Shown piece after piece: positions 51,495 to 64,000 of a stretch of DNA of 64,000 bases. This DNA is from Raillietiella orientalis. Its lineage: Eukaryota. Under the pieces are notes generated by a model. It worked only from the letters and a program-made list of their open reading frames with translations, did no database searches and was not told the DNA's origin. How positions within the stretch are numbered: the stretch's first letter is position 1; each line of letters starts with the position of its first letter. The DNA is taken from assembly GCA_036172245.1 (NCBI GenBank), contig JAYWIR010000094.1, positions 186,001 through 250,000 on the forward strand. Direction: 5' to 3'. A program made the translations under genes and the position numbers.

Positions 51495-52719
51495 TCCAAG
51501 GTGTATCGGATCTCTCCTTATTTTCTTTTTCTTTTAAGCCATTCGGGGGGGTAAGAGGGGAACAAACACGCTTTGCTTCATCGACATTGCTATTCGTTCC
51601 ATATTTTGTCACCGCCAATCACTCGGGCTTCATGAAGCCCGATGGCGCTAGTGTGGTTACCCGACCTGAGGCAAGAGCGCTTTCCATAGGCGCGAATTTC
51701 CTCTTGGGGCTACCCTGCCCTAAGAGGGGCACTCGTTGCTTCAAGAGCGAGGTCTTTTGCTGCTGACAAACACTTTTACCTGTCTTCTACCGCACCTTTT
51801 GTTTTTCTCTTAGAGTGTTCTTTTTAACCGCGAACTTTTCCGCACCGCAATACCTTAAATCTGCCTTTTTGCGTTTAATTTTCATACAATTTCTTATGTC
51901 GTTTCCGGGTAACCTGTTGTATCTGCATTGACACAAAGGGCAATTTCTGGATTGGTGTCCTCGTTCTCCGCATTTTAAGTGTGATGGAAACTTGAGTGCG
52001 AACTACAGATGAACGTAAGTGTTTTCCACCTATGGATTCGTAGGCAGAAGACGAAGGTCGGACGTGATGAGCCGCACCGCATTGGTTCCGCTGTGAATAA
52101 ACAGGATGTCCTTTAAGGTGCTCCAAACCATCAATAGTGCGTGGACCTTGGCGAATCTCGCTAATGCGCTGCATATTTCGCGGTCAAAAACTTCGAGCTG
52201 AGAATATTGTGATTTTGAATAAATAGTAACAACGCTCGTTATGTAATGAATAGAAGCCAACAGGAAAGCATAATAAAGCACTCCGTAGAATACCGAATGG
52301 TCATAAAATGTTGTGAACGCAACTCTGAAAACTGTTAGTTTCGTATGCTATTTGCAATTTTCAAGGGTTCAGTTGACACATGGAGCATGTTGTGGTGTTT
52401 TCTCAGTACATCTTCTCAAGTTCTCATCGCCAAGCTAGGAATTATGAGCTCTGCGACTCTTATGTAGCTGCAGTTCGTATTTCCTTAAAAGACAAAACCG
52501 GAAGCTACAGGGACTTTATTCTACGCAGCAACTAAATTGCAGCGTCGTTCAATCAGTTTCTCCCTTCAACTTCACCGCCACAACTGTTCCTGCAGGCCAA
52601 CGGCATCTTAGGCTGCCAGGTACTGGCTGAAGGTTACGGCCTCTACGTAATCTGAAAAATTTCTTAGGGTCCTCTTGGGAATCGAATAATCTTCATCGAA
52701 ATCCGAAAATACATGCAAT

Positions 52720-53420
52720 GAAGATAACTTACATGCAATTCTATGAGGAACTGCTGCGATAGAATTTAGAAACAGTGTAAGAAAAGAAGTCGATACAATC
52801 CCAAATAACCACAACCCCATACAAGAGAAATTATGGGTGATCTGAGAAGGAACTTGCGCAGAAATCAAATGCTTTGCTATGGAGAAAAATGCTTTCGTTG
52901 CTCACACATTCCACGAATTCAACATGTGCAAGCACGATATTTGGTACGTACTGTCACACACCACGCGTCAGAATGAATGGAAACATGAAATATATTCTCA
53001 TAACCCAAAATGCTATATGCAAAGCCTCTGGAAAACCAAACTAGATTGTAGAACGATACGTACGTTACAATTCTATCTGGGTAGTTTACAGTACAAGAAT
53101 CATCTGGACCATCAAGAAAATAATTAATATACTCCGTAGCATAAGGTCCTGCCACCTAGAGGCATTATAATAACCAGTGGCTAAGTGCACTCCACTTACC
53201 TCGATGTCCAGCCGACAACTCCCCACAGGACTAACAAGAAATCGATTACTATATAACATTTCACACTTTGTAGCAGTGTTGTCGAAAAAGAGAATGCAAG
53301 ATCCATCCAAACGTGTAAAGAATAGTAGATCCACTATGATTCTATCCTTATCCAAAGTTACGTTTTTACTGACACAAGCGCAGTCAGTTGGGGTACTGCA
53401 GAGCATACTTACAGTAGTCA
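52720..53420 (-). other. Possible spliced host gene or pseudogene fragment with short introns; product unknown
   Basis: GTAAGT..TAG intron 53199-53156 joins two open frames (..CRLDIE|VAGPYATEY..); GTACGT..TTCCAG at 53063-53028; hydrophobic segment downstream. Confidence 0.35.
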
Positions 53421-53779
53421 TCTACACAAAATTAAATTCAGTGACATTTTAAAATACTTAATAACATTGGTGCAGAGAGCAAAACATCGACATGCACAAC
53501 CAGAGCAATAAATTTTCTTCATAGTAAAAGTCTGACTTGAAATGCAAGAAATACCCAGAAAAGCATGCTAAAACTGAGAACAATTTAACTTAAAGTGAAA
53601 CTAGAAAAGAAAAAGGTTTCTCAGGGAGTAAAGTCTGGTCGCCATACTACGCAAAAGTATATACTTCATGACAAATAAAAACAGTTTAAGACATTACTTC
53701 TTGAGCAACGGCAAAGGAACTAGAGAACAAAAAATGTAAACCATGCTAAAGAGAGCAATAGTGCCCATCTCCTGCTTCA

Positions 53780-54185
53780 GCAACTATTCTTACAACAAAG
53801 AAAAAGATTCTCCAATGCATCTTCCCTCCGATAGATCCACACAGAATGAGTCCGAATAACCAATGCCGCACTCTAACGAAATGCACCAACGCATCTAAAG
53901 AAATCAGAAATTACGCGGACTGCAAACCAATAAGAACCGTGGTCAACACTTGCAACGATATGAGCCAAACTTGTCCAGCACACACAGCTTTCGAAATCAT
54001 CCCACTCGAGTACACGTGATGCAAAGATCCAGGATTCCCAGCTGAAGGGGCGTTTGCTGCCAGACGGAGAAGCGGAGCGAGTGCAGAACCGAGATCACAA
54101 GCTGCGTACAGCGCGTCGAGAGAAAGATGTCATAGCAATTTAGCAATCCAACAGGCCACACGGCAAAGAGCTTTGCCGTGTGGCC
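53780..54185 (+). repeat. Unidentified dispersed repeat, copy 1, ending in a 15-bp perfect hairpin
   Basis: Reverse complement aligns by eye with 58360-58730 (e.g. ATCTTTGCATCACGTGTACT, CAAGTGTTGACC, ATTGGTTTGCAGTC). Confidence 0.8.
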
Positions 54186-57100
54186 CAGTAGAGCTTTACG
54201 CTCCTACTCCAAACGTCTTAACCGCTGAATTCATGCAACGGTTCCCATTCACCGAACCTGCAAGGAGAGATCAGGCTACTCGCTGAATGATATGCATGTC
54301 AAAACAGAAAAATATGGCAGCCTGATAAATCGTCCACAGCAAGAGGCGATGTTGAAAATACAATAAAAAGCAATCGGCATTCGTAGCAGTCTCCCTATTT
54401 GAATCAGTTCCAGCTCGCTGCAATATACTGTACAGTACGGCGCCAATGAAGCAAGATGTCCTTCAGCTGGAACATCACGACAGACTTATCCAACACTACT
54501 GACACTAATCTCTTTTACGTGCATCGTTCCGTGTTTCCAGCGCAACTCACTTCCTTTCCAGCGGATCGGATACGATGATGTTAACTTTCTTACAAGAAAG
54601 GTAACAAGCGTACCGTTTTGCTCTTAGAATCTCTCCAGTTGTTCCCACTTCCAGCATCTGCTGCGTGTACGCGCTCGCCATATACATCTCCCGAGAGAAG
54701 CACGATATATTTCGACGATAGTTTAAGCACGATAGATTCTTCAAAATACCGTTCAGAAAGCCTGCCGGCTATCCAAGGCTACTATGTGGAATTCTATGTG
54801 TAGGTGAAGCAGTCGTGAGCAGAGTGGTCATTGAAACATCAGCAGGATTCGCCATAAACCCGGCGCGCGTTCCCCTCGCCTTTACTACCTGTATAGGTTG
54901 GGAAACGGAAGAGGGAAGCCTTGCACCGACAGGAGAGCATCGTCCAACAAGGTGTGACACGGTTGCATCCAGTTCGGAGTTCAGCCATCACAGTCTCAGT
55001 TCTTACTGCGTCATTTGACTTTCTAAATCGAAAGTTTTCAGGATAATACCAATATTCAGAAGCGCCCGTTCCCAGAAAGGAAACTGGAAGAAAACCCAAT
55101 GCACGACACGATCGTGCGTTGGGTTTTGCCCAAGTGCAAAACAAGGTGCAAAAAGAAAAAGAAGATTCACGATAACGGATGGGTTCACCGCACGAGAATG
55201 AATAGAGGAAGGCAAAGTGCTCTTCAACACGGAAATAAGCAAGGAGCTCACAGCTACGATGCAGAACACTTGAACTTAGAGCCGAAAGAGACTGATGATG
55301 CTAACGCATCTACTTCGACCCATCTCTGCATAAAAAAACAAAAAATGGCAACACTCATCAAAGAGAACGAATCCGAATTCAAGTGGCTTCTGCGGATACG
55401 CTGTTAACTCTTCTAAAGCTGAACTTCTCTGGGTCGTCTGAAGTCGCTCATAGCTGGAAGGCAGTTGCTGCGTAGAAACGGAAAATAAAGACCCAAGTGA
55501 AAAGGAATTGATTGCAAACTAAAATTATGCAGAAAGAGGACAGACTCTTCAGCTTCGTTCATGACGATCCAAGAGCTAAGACCTTGCATTTCGGAAATGC
55601 GTGTTCATGAGCGGTTCATCTCTCAAAACCGCAGTGTAATGGCTCCTTAGTAATCCGCTGCAATAAAACTCCAGACGCTTAAATTACACAGAAGGAGTAA
55701 AATCCAAGCGGTGGTTGCGCGAAGGTGCAGCAGCGTGAAGCTTGCATTGCCGCCGTACCTTTTGAGGAAATCTCTCTCGATAGATGCCTTAGAGTCTAGT
55801 CGGATAAAGTAGAAATTTCCGGAGATCTAACTTGGATCAGATTGGCAATTTTTATCTAGCGTAACGAGTCAATGCAGTACAGCCGTACTGATCCGTGCGG
55901 TTCAGTTCACGACTCCACCAAAGGTGCTGAAAGCAAAGAACTTTGATCGTGCCACGTAACAACAACGAGTTGAACTGCTACAAAATCCCGTGAGCTCCTA
56001 CAATTCCGTCATAATTTCGATGAAATCTTCGTTTATCCCAGCACTTGACATTCGCATCTGGCAGCCGAGTTGGGACGTCAAGTCTCTTCTGTTACGTAGG
56101 AATCAACCTTTTCAGTATCTCCACTTCTCAGAGTTTCCCTCTTATTCTCGGCACTTTAAAAGATACGGCGCTGCTTAGAGCAGCCGTTTAGAGAAATGGT
56201 GCAACCTTGAGGAATATTTCTCTTGGACTGCTAGTACGCTTAGTGTCGCAAAACTTATCGAGCTCAAACTCTCCTACTCCACGATGGTACTGTATAATTG
56301 ACATGAACAGTGTTGTTTTGTTGCGCTTCCATCTCCTTCTTGTAGTTTCATATTTCTCCACCCGCAACGCTTGGATGTTTTCTCCCCAAAGCTCCAAGAA
56401 TTTATCTTCTTCATTTCCTTACGGTGTACTCCCTGTAGCATCTGTTACATAAATGTATTCAGTGTTTTTGGATGCACGTGTTTTCCATAAAGAACGTCAT
56501 GATATCCAAGAATATCCTACGACTCCCCCATCATCCAGTACGCCCACAGTTCTACGATCCCAGGCTTGTGATGGACTTAATTATGATGTGATGCAACATT
56601 TCGTCCTAATTTCTTGATTTGAAAAACGGCCACAGTCGATCTTCGAAAAGCAAACCATTGGATAGCAATGCATCTTCATGCCCTCATAAAAAGTAGATTC
56701 CCCTGCTGACTCCTAGCACACAAGACAACATGAAAGTAAATCAACTTTGGAACAAGTTTGATACCGCACGATCTTCATCCACTTTTCGTATTAAAATCAA
56801 CTGGTAGTGTGGTGCAAAATGTGTTAACTTCTGTAAGTTTCAGTCCACACGCGTTTTCACATCTGTGGGTTTGAACTTGAAAGGAACACAAGAAATACCA
56901 AACCACCGTCATTTTTTCGCAGGTGCCGTGAGACCTGAAGTGGCAACGAAACAACGCTTTCGTGATTTCAACATTGGCTGCTTTTCTCATCGTTGCCACC
57001 GCAACTCGTAAATCTCAGCTGGAGGGGAGTGCATCTGTCATGCGTCAGTGGCTCAATCCCTCGAGAAATTACCAAATGACTTTCGGCGCACAGATTGCAA

Positions 57101-58359
57101 TTTGGATAGAGATGCTCTTGTAAGCAACCTGTTTCGCATCGCGTAAAGTCAATTGATTTCGCAGAATATTCCATGGACTTGAAACATAAGAATTCCCTAC
57201 TGAAAGGTCAAGTTGTCCTTTATTGCTTCGCACAGGAAATAACTTCATCATGGGGTGGAGAGTGAAGACTTTTCGCCGAAATGCGTAGTCTCACTTGGAC
57301 GGGTCAGAGTACTCGTTCTGAAAAGGAAACTAAATGATAGGAGAAGAAGATTCAACAGGAAAATCGAAATGCCTTATTCCGCATACAGAATTTAATTGTG
57401 CAGACTGAGCGTGCTACGAATCATGTCGCAAATAGAAACCATTCGCCAAAGAAACCACCTGGTTTCTCTGGCGAAGCAGTTTAAGATAAGAACAAACAAA
57501 AAAACGTGGTAGGAAATAATGAATACAACTCAAGCAGATAGTTTTGAATCTTTCAGAAGGAGCTGGAGCCCAAGTATCACAGAGTATTCCGTTAACATTC
57601 TCTCAAGGATGTCTGAGATCTCTTGGTTACGTCGGATAGAAAGTTATGGGGACGTTCCACAACATAGAAAGGAATCGCATAGGCTACCTCTGATTCTGTC
57701 CTCGAGATTCTCTGCCAGCAGACGAATAAGGAAGAGACGTAATTGCCGCGTCAGGTGGCATGACCTTAAGGGCGAAGAAGCTCTTGAATGATTCCTTCTA
57801 GCGGTTAACTGGTAAATAGTCGAACGCTATCTACCGCTGTTCCTCCCACAACAGAGGTCATCTTTTAGGTGTGAAAAAGTATCCGTGCTTGCTTCTACGA
57901 ACAAAACGTATGGAAAAAATGTGGAAGAGCTGACTGCTTTTCTTCGATGACAGCGATCTCTGAGTCGCGTGGGATACTTCCCGATTTGTTATTCCCTTCC
58001 TTTCTTCCCTTCTGAAGACTGCGCCAAATGTGCCGCGCGGCCATCGTTCGTACGCACCTATTTCTCACCCGCTGCATCAATTCACTGCCAAAAATTCACG
58101 CCTGACTGGATTCTCCGTAGAGTCCACTCGACCTGTGCAGCGAATGCCTTGCACGGGTGTTTTTCGTGCTGCTTGTCGAATGAAAAGAAAGAAACACCGA
58201 GGAAGGCAGAGCAGTCATTTCCATTAATCAGTCGCACATTTCTTTGCTTTTTAGCATGCATAGCATTCTCCGACCATCCTGATCTCTTCTTGCACGTATT
58301 GTGAGTGGAAATTGTTAAAGCAACTCTGCGGTTAAGCCGCTTGGAGTAGTTGCGTAAAT

Positions 58360-58730
58360 TTCTTCGCTGTGTGGTCACTTAAAATGAATAATTGCAATCA
58401 CAGCTTTCTCTGGACGCGCTGCACGCAGCTTGTTAGGTCTTGGTTCTGCACCCGCTGCATCTGAAAGCAAACTCTCCTACAGCTGGTAAACCTGTATCTT
58501 TGCATCACGTGTACTGGAGTGTGATGTTTTTGGAAGCTGTGGGTGTTGGACATGTTTTTCTCTTGTCGTTACAAGTGTTGACCGCAGTTCCTATTGGTTT
58601 GCAGTCTGCGCAATTTCTTATTTCTGTAGAAGCTGTGGTGAATTTTGGTAGCATGCGGCATTCGTTATTATTTCTCATCCCGTGTGCAGTATTGCAAGGC
58701 AGGATGCTGTGGAGATTCTTCTTCACCTAC
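58360..58730 (-). repeat. Unidentified dispersed repeat, copy 2 (inverted, diverged)
   Basis: See copy 1. Confidence 0.78.
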
Positions 58731-61700
58731 GTAAGGAAATCCATCTGCATATCAGCCTTTCTTCGCATAAATCCTGGTTCTTTTTGTTAAGGGCTGTCTC
58801 ATCTGGCGTACTTTTTATATTCATGGCTAAACTTATGGAAACCAGTTTTTTTTTTTGGCTTGCAATTTCTCTTTTGAGCGTGTTTTGACCTTCCAGGGAA
58901 TCTTTGTCATTCCACTGTGCCTGCACTGTTTGTCTTTTTAAGTTTCCTTGGAGATTGAGATTTGTTGCAGCGTGTTTCGATTGTGACTTCACGCAGTTTA
59001 CTTTGTATGTACTGTTTTGGTGCTCAACAAACGGTTCTACTTAAGTGGCTTTATGTATTTTGTTGGTTGTTCTCTAGAATGGTTTGCTTTTTGTTGGTGT
59101 TTCTCGTCTATTTATTTTTGCAACGTAGTTCTGACATTTTCACTTCACTCACTGAGTGGTCTTTCATTTGTTCAATTTCGTGTTCTAAGCGATGTTCGGT
59201 GCGCTTTACATCTCATTGCTTTATGCAAGCAGTTCAATTTAAATGGAACGAACGACTGTGAGCCGAGTGCTGCTTGTTGTTCTCTTTGAAGAAACACGCT
59301 CATTCTTTCGATTGTTCTATATGCAAAAGCAACTGCCTCAGCGTGAAGGAGCATACCAGTTGTAGTGTGATGAATTCTTTCCTCTTTTCCTTTTCTGCAT
59401 ACTCTCTTTCTGATTTTGCCTTCGTTCTTGTAACACTTATGCGCACTTCGTTGTTGCTGATGCCACTGTTTCTAATTTTCGTAAATGTTCGCAATGATGT
59501 TTCAATTCTTTTATTGTGGGAAAAGATAGGAATAGAGCTGGCTGTTTGACGACAGCGTCGAACACAAGCCACGTCTTAAAGAGGACAGATGGTGCTCAAC
59601 CTAATCGAAGAGTTTGCTGATCGGGAATCCGTGAGTGGCGTGTGGAAACCTTTTTCTTTTAGCTGTGTATACTGCTTAACCTACTTCTTTTGTATACATT
59701 TGTTCTCTTATGCTTGCTTTCGAGTGTAAGGAAATTTTTCGCAGCCATTCTACGTCACCGCGAAGTTTTCTACTCCATGTCCCCTTTCGGACGCTAAAGT
59801 GACACCGAATCCTTTTTCTTGTAGACTGTGCTATTGAGCTATGGTGCGCATGGCTCTGCATCTTCTTACAAGGAAAACGTTACAATTCCATTGGAGAGAA
59901 CGCTCGCACATGTCATCGGCCTTGTGGACAAGAGAGGGCCTTGTTCTTCTGTTTTCGGAAATGATTTTGGAAAGTGTCAACTGTCGTTTACTAATTCGCG
60001 GGTTCCACTGCCACGTGGCTCGTGTTCCCTGTCTTTTTTTGTAAGCGCAGATTTGCAATGTAATAGGACTTAGCAAAATTTTAGCTACCAGATTTCCAAG
60101 GAAGTATGATTGCGGAATTCACTGTGAATGTATTCAATGGGGATTGCTACCTACAACCTAAAGGAGGTGTATCTCGGAGGTATGTTTTAATTCGATTCTT
60201 TGCGTGTGTTCGGATACGCTGCACTTTGAACACCAGTGTTGCTATTTATTTTGTTGATGAGAAGTTTCTAGAAACGTGGAAAAGCGTGGTTTGATTTTAA
60301 CTATTTGGAACTGATTGCTTTGTCTTCTTTGAATTATGTGGGAAGTGTAAAGGTGCATTTTTCGAAAACAGTCGTTTCCATGTATCACTTTGTTTACAAT
60401 GGAAAAAGTTTCGTAAAGATATTTGACATTCTTTTACTCTTTATTTCATCATATGATGTTCCCGTTACACAAGAAAACAAGAACTCACAATTATCATTAG
60501 GAATATGCTTGGAAAGTTTGAATCCACGTATACATCATGTGTGTCTTGGATCTTTTGATAACGTATTGTGCTTTGATTATGCTTCAGGCTCAACCCTGGC
60601 AAAAATACTGGATATGTTCCGAGTACACTGAAGTGTAGCTGGAAACCTCCACCAAATAAGGATTTTGTAGTTATATTGGCAAGTCCCTCTCCGTGAACTA
60701 AGTGTTCTCTGAGCGATATTAAAAGGTTCGGTCACATCATTCATTGATGACAATAAAAATTTGCACTTGATCTAAAACTACCTGAAGTAAATTTGTCTTC
60801 TTTTGGATATAAAAAACACTAAAGATCTCAAACATTCGACGTAAGCAGAACAAAAGACATGGGAATTTGAAACTAAAATATTTTCAGTAATTCATTCAAA
60901 GCATTACGAGTATTCTAGTCTCAGTTTTGAATTTTATGTGACCTAACGCCTGTAATGTGTATTTTACTTTCTGTTCGGACCGCAGGGCCCTTGCGTGACC
61001 CTCTCACCATGACAATTCGGAAAGGGAATGCGGGATGAATTTTGTTCTAAAAACAGAAAGCATTTGCGTGCTTTAGTGATGAAATCATCAATCACTCACG
61101 AAAGCACAACACGATGACTGTGATTATTGTCGTACAAAACTTCTTGGAAAATGGACACTATCTTGTGGGAATGAAATGAAAATGAAAGCGTCCATAGACT
61201 CTCAATAGATGCTTAGGTTTTTCAATTGCGTCTGGAATACGTGGCTTACCTGCATCATTCGCAGATACATGCTGATGCTCATTTGGAACCACATATGCAT
61301 CACTAAAAAAGAAGATGTACTTAAATTTCGTATTGCTATACCGAGAAGCAGTTGCAAACTTCATTAGTACATGACGTACTCAAATCTTGTGACTTATGTC
61401 CTTTGCCTATTAGAAAGCAAGCATTATATTTTTTTAACATGGGAATCCGGTGTTTCGTTTGTCCGTTAAACGATTCTTGAACGATTTTCACAGCCGTAGA
61501 GGTCCCTATGGAGTCATTGCTATTCTGATTACTCGTCTTCTTTGTTTTTTGATTAAGTCAGACTGATATATAAGGTTTTGGAACAAAATTCGGACAGCAA
61601 CTTTCCAAAGAAGGTGAGTCCATTTTCACGTAGAGAGCGGGAAAGAATACATGATATTTCGTAAGACAGCAAAAATTACATTTAGAGGCGTGATCAGCAT

Positions 61701-63299
61701 GTAGAAAGAGACCCACGCAAATAAGAAGAGGATTATTCTAAACAGATTACGACACTGATGTTGTTCAGTCTTATGATTCTCCAAATGCTGCAAGCTGTTC
61801 ACGCTACGTCCCCTAAAACCAAAACGCACAATTGATTGCACATGAAAGAAAAATAAAGCAATACACAAGGAAGACAAAACCGGGTTCTGAATGGTAGAGA
61901 ACTTTCTTTTCGTTGTTTATTGTTTCACGATGTGCGGAGTAGGATTTTTGTGAGATCTACATCTTTGTAGGTCACTCGTAAGCCTTCGTTTATCTCCGCC
62001 ATCATGAAGGAATTCAGTCCTTCTTTGCGAACTTTGACTCTCATTAATCGCCCTGTTTTTCCTCGACATTCCTTATTAAACGAAATAATGACAAACTCCT
62101 GCCATAAATGCCCACATATGGTGGAGCACTTGTTTGAACCATGTGCCGTGAACGGTGTCACATTACGCTTGCATCCCTCCTTGGCATTGTATCCAGGATA
62201 CTGACAAGTAGTGTTTCGATGTTGCCTAGGTAGAGACGCTTTTCAGGCATCTTTGAAAGCATCTGTGACAACTAGATGCCGTGCCTACTATTCGCGCTTA
62301 TACTTTTCGCCTTTTAGGCTGTCACCAAATTGCGGATGCAGCATAGAACTGCTAAGGATGCGGTTGAATTCAGAGAATCACGCATTTAAAGGTGTATGAA
62401 TCAGTCGCTGGATTAACCTTTCGAAGTTCCTAGGATCTTCGAGAAACGATCCGAGGAAAAGAGAAACGCAGAACACTCTACCGGAAGGCACCGTAATGTT
62501 TTGTTCTCTTCGCTCTTTGCAAGTGCGCATGGACACTACCGTGTGTACAATAACGGTCGCATGCTGTAGATGAAATTTCGCTTTGTTTACTCTTGCAAGA
62601 TGAAGAGAACAATGTCACTGTTGCAAAACGCTGGAGGCTACTTTTCTATCTCCAGAAGTGATGCCATCAGCCTGTTCCAGAGTGATAATCCTAAAGACTT
62701 GATCTGTTAATTTATACATGCACTAAGCAGTTCGATATTTCGCGTATTCTGAAAAGAAGCTTCAATATGATCAATGCCACAGCAAGCCCTAATGGCAAAC
62801 GTGGGCCACGGATAAAGTAAATTTTTCTCTGCTCCAGCTAGTTCAGGTTTCGGATGTGTATCTAGTGTTTTTGCGGCCGATAGAGAGCACGAATACCTAA
62901 GAGCGCGACAACTTTTCTCAAAGGAGGCGCAAGGACGACGTCCATTCAGATTATGAAGTAGGGTCATGCCCTAACACCCAATGGTTCTGTGCCGTTCCGA
63001 CGAGAGCAGCGAGCGCGGAGACAAAAAGAAAAAACACCTGAAGAGGCCGCGAAATTCGAAGCCTGCATCCAATAACGGCGGCTTCAATATCGAGTACTCA
63101 TCCTCGCGGCAAAATTCCGCACAATGCGATCGTTGAAAACCTACGTTTCTTTTCCAGCAGATCAACCGGTTGCGAACGATTTTCTTGCATTCTCGTGTCT
63201 TACGAACGCAGCAATATCCAATGGAATCCTTAGATGCTCCAGAAGGCTACCCTAGTGATGGAGAATACGTGAACCGTCTGCCTTTCCGCGAACCGGTGC

Positions 63300-64000
63300 C
63301 TGATTTCAGGAATTTATTTTCGCAAGGGAAAGAATCAACAGCTCGAGTGAAAGGGAATATGTCTGCCTCCCACTAGCAACATACGCCCGGGAGCCCTTGA
63401 AGGAGATTGCAAAGAATCCACGCGAGATCCTTTGGCTTTCCTTTACTTCACTTGCCTCCATGCTGTCCTCCCTTAGGAACGCTAGGCAGAGCAACGATCG
63501 AGCATTGTAGCAGTGTTCTGTACCATATGATGCACGAAAAAACTGTTGTTGGCGTGAAGAACTTCGTAGTTATCTGACGCTGCCATCCCGAGCGTCCCAT
63601 CTTAAGGACTTCTGCGCTGAGACGAGCTGCTCACAATACCTCAGGGTTAGGCGAAATGACCCTTAGCGCGTCGGAACACTGGTATCTTTTCATGAAGAGT
63701 CAGGAGACGGGTTTCATGTTGTTGCATCGGGAAACCCCATAAAAGGCACGCCATTATCATGGAACACTTCAGTGTGAATGTCCGTTGTGCAGAGTGCGGC
63801 GAAAGTGTTCTTCCATCTCCTAATGGACTGCGTCTCCCTCTGGGCACTTTGTGGTCGACTTCCGTTGATCGTCAAGATCGCTACAGTCGATTCTGTAGGC
63901 ATTATCCGGTGCCTCTTCATGCATAATTCCTTGCGCTCCGTTTCTAGCAGTTCTTTTCTGTGTATGCAGGATCGTGTCAAGGTGGAACGCTAAAAAAAGA
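63300..64000 (+). mobile_element. Old decayed ORF2 C-terminal relic
   Basis: LKEIAKNP; QETGFMLLH; VRCAECGE..HLLMDCVSLW across a frameshift. Confidence 0.65.

Noticed and set aside
58505..58726. Cys-rich ORF resembling a zinc knuckle
   Set aside because: The spacing does not fit CX2CX4HX4C, and I could not identify the coding frame of this repeat.

Overview
Eukaryotic DNA. Bases 1 to ~46,900 are a GC-rich, gapless nest of at least 20 whole or partial copies of one non-LTR retrotransposon group (L1/Tx1-type). Each copy has ORF1 with two CCHC zinc knuckles and ORF2 with an AP endonuclease, a reverse transcriptase (AYADD) and a C-terminal CxxC..H..C finger. Several subfamilies are present and no copy has an intact ORF2. 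The main observation is that the nesting is not random. The elements insert into each other, mostly antisense (16 of 20 readable junctions), at a few nucleotide-precise sites in ORF2: after the GFG codons of the EN-RT linker (8 junctions), at RT DAKL (3) and at RT HKAFD (2), with ~14-15 bp target duplications. Elements start with a GAGCGGACGTG-TTTT motif and join ORF1 to ORF2 with a TAATG overlap. They end in AATAAA plus a hairpin without a real poly(A) tail, and the hairpin loop variant tracks the target site. After ~47 kb come a poly-G tract, a related family, very decayed LINE relics, an unidentified hairpin-ended repeat and a possible short-intron gene in AT-richer DNA. Element letters (A-Y) are my own labels. 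Boundaries were read by eye and are approximate unless a junction sequence is quoted.
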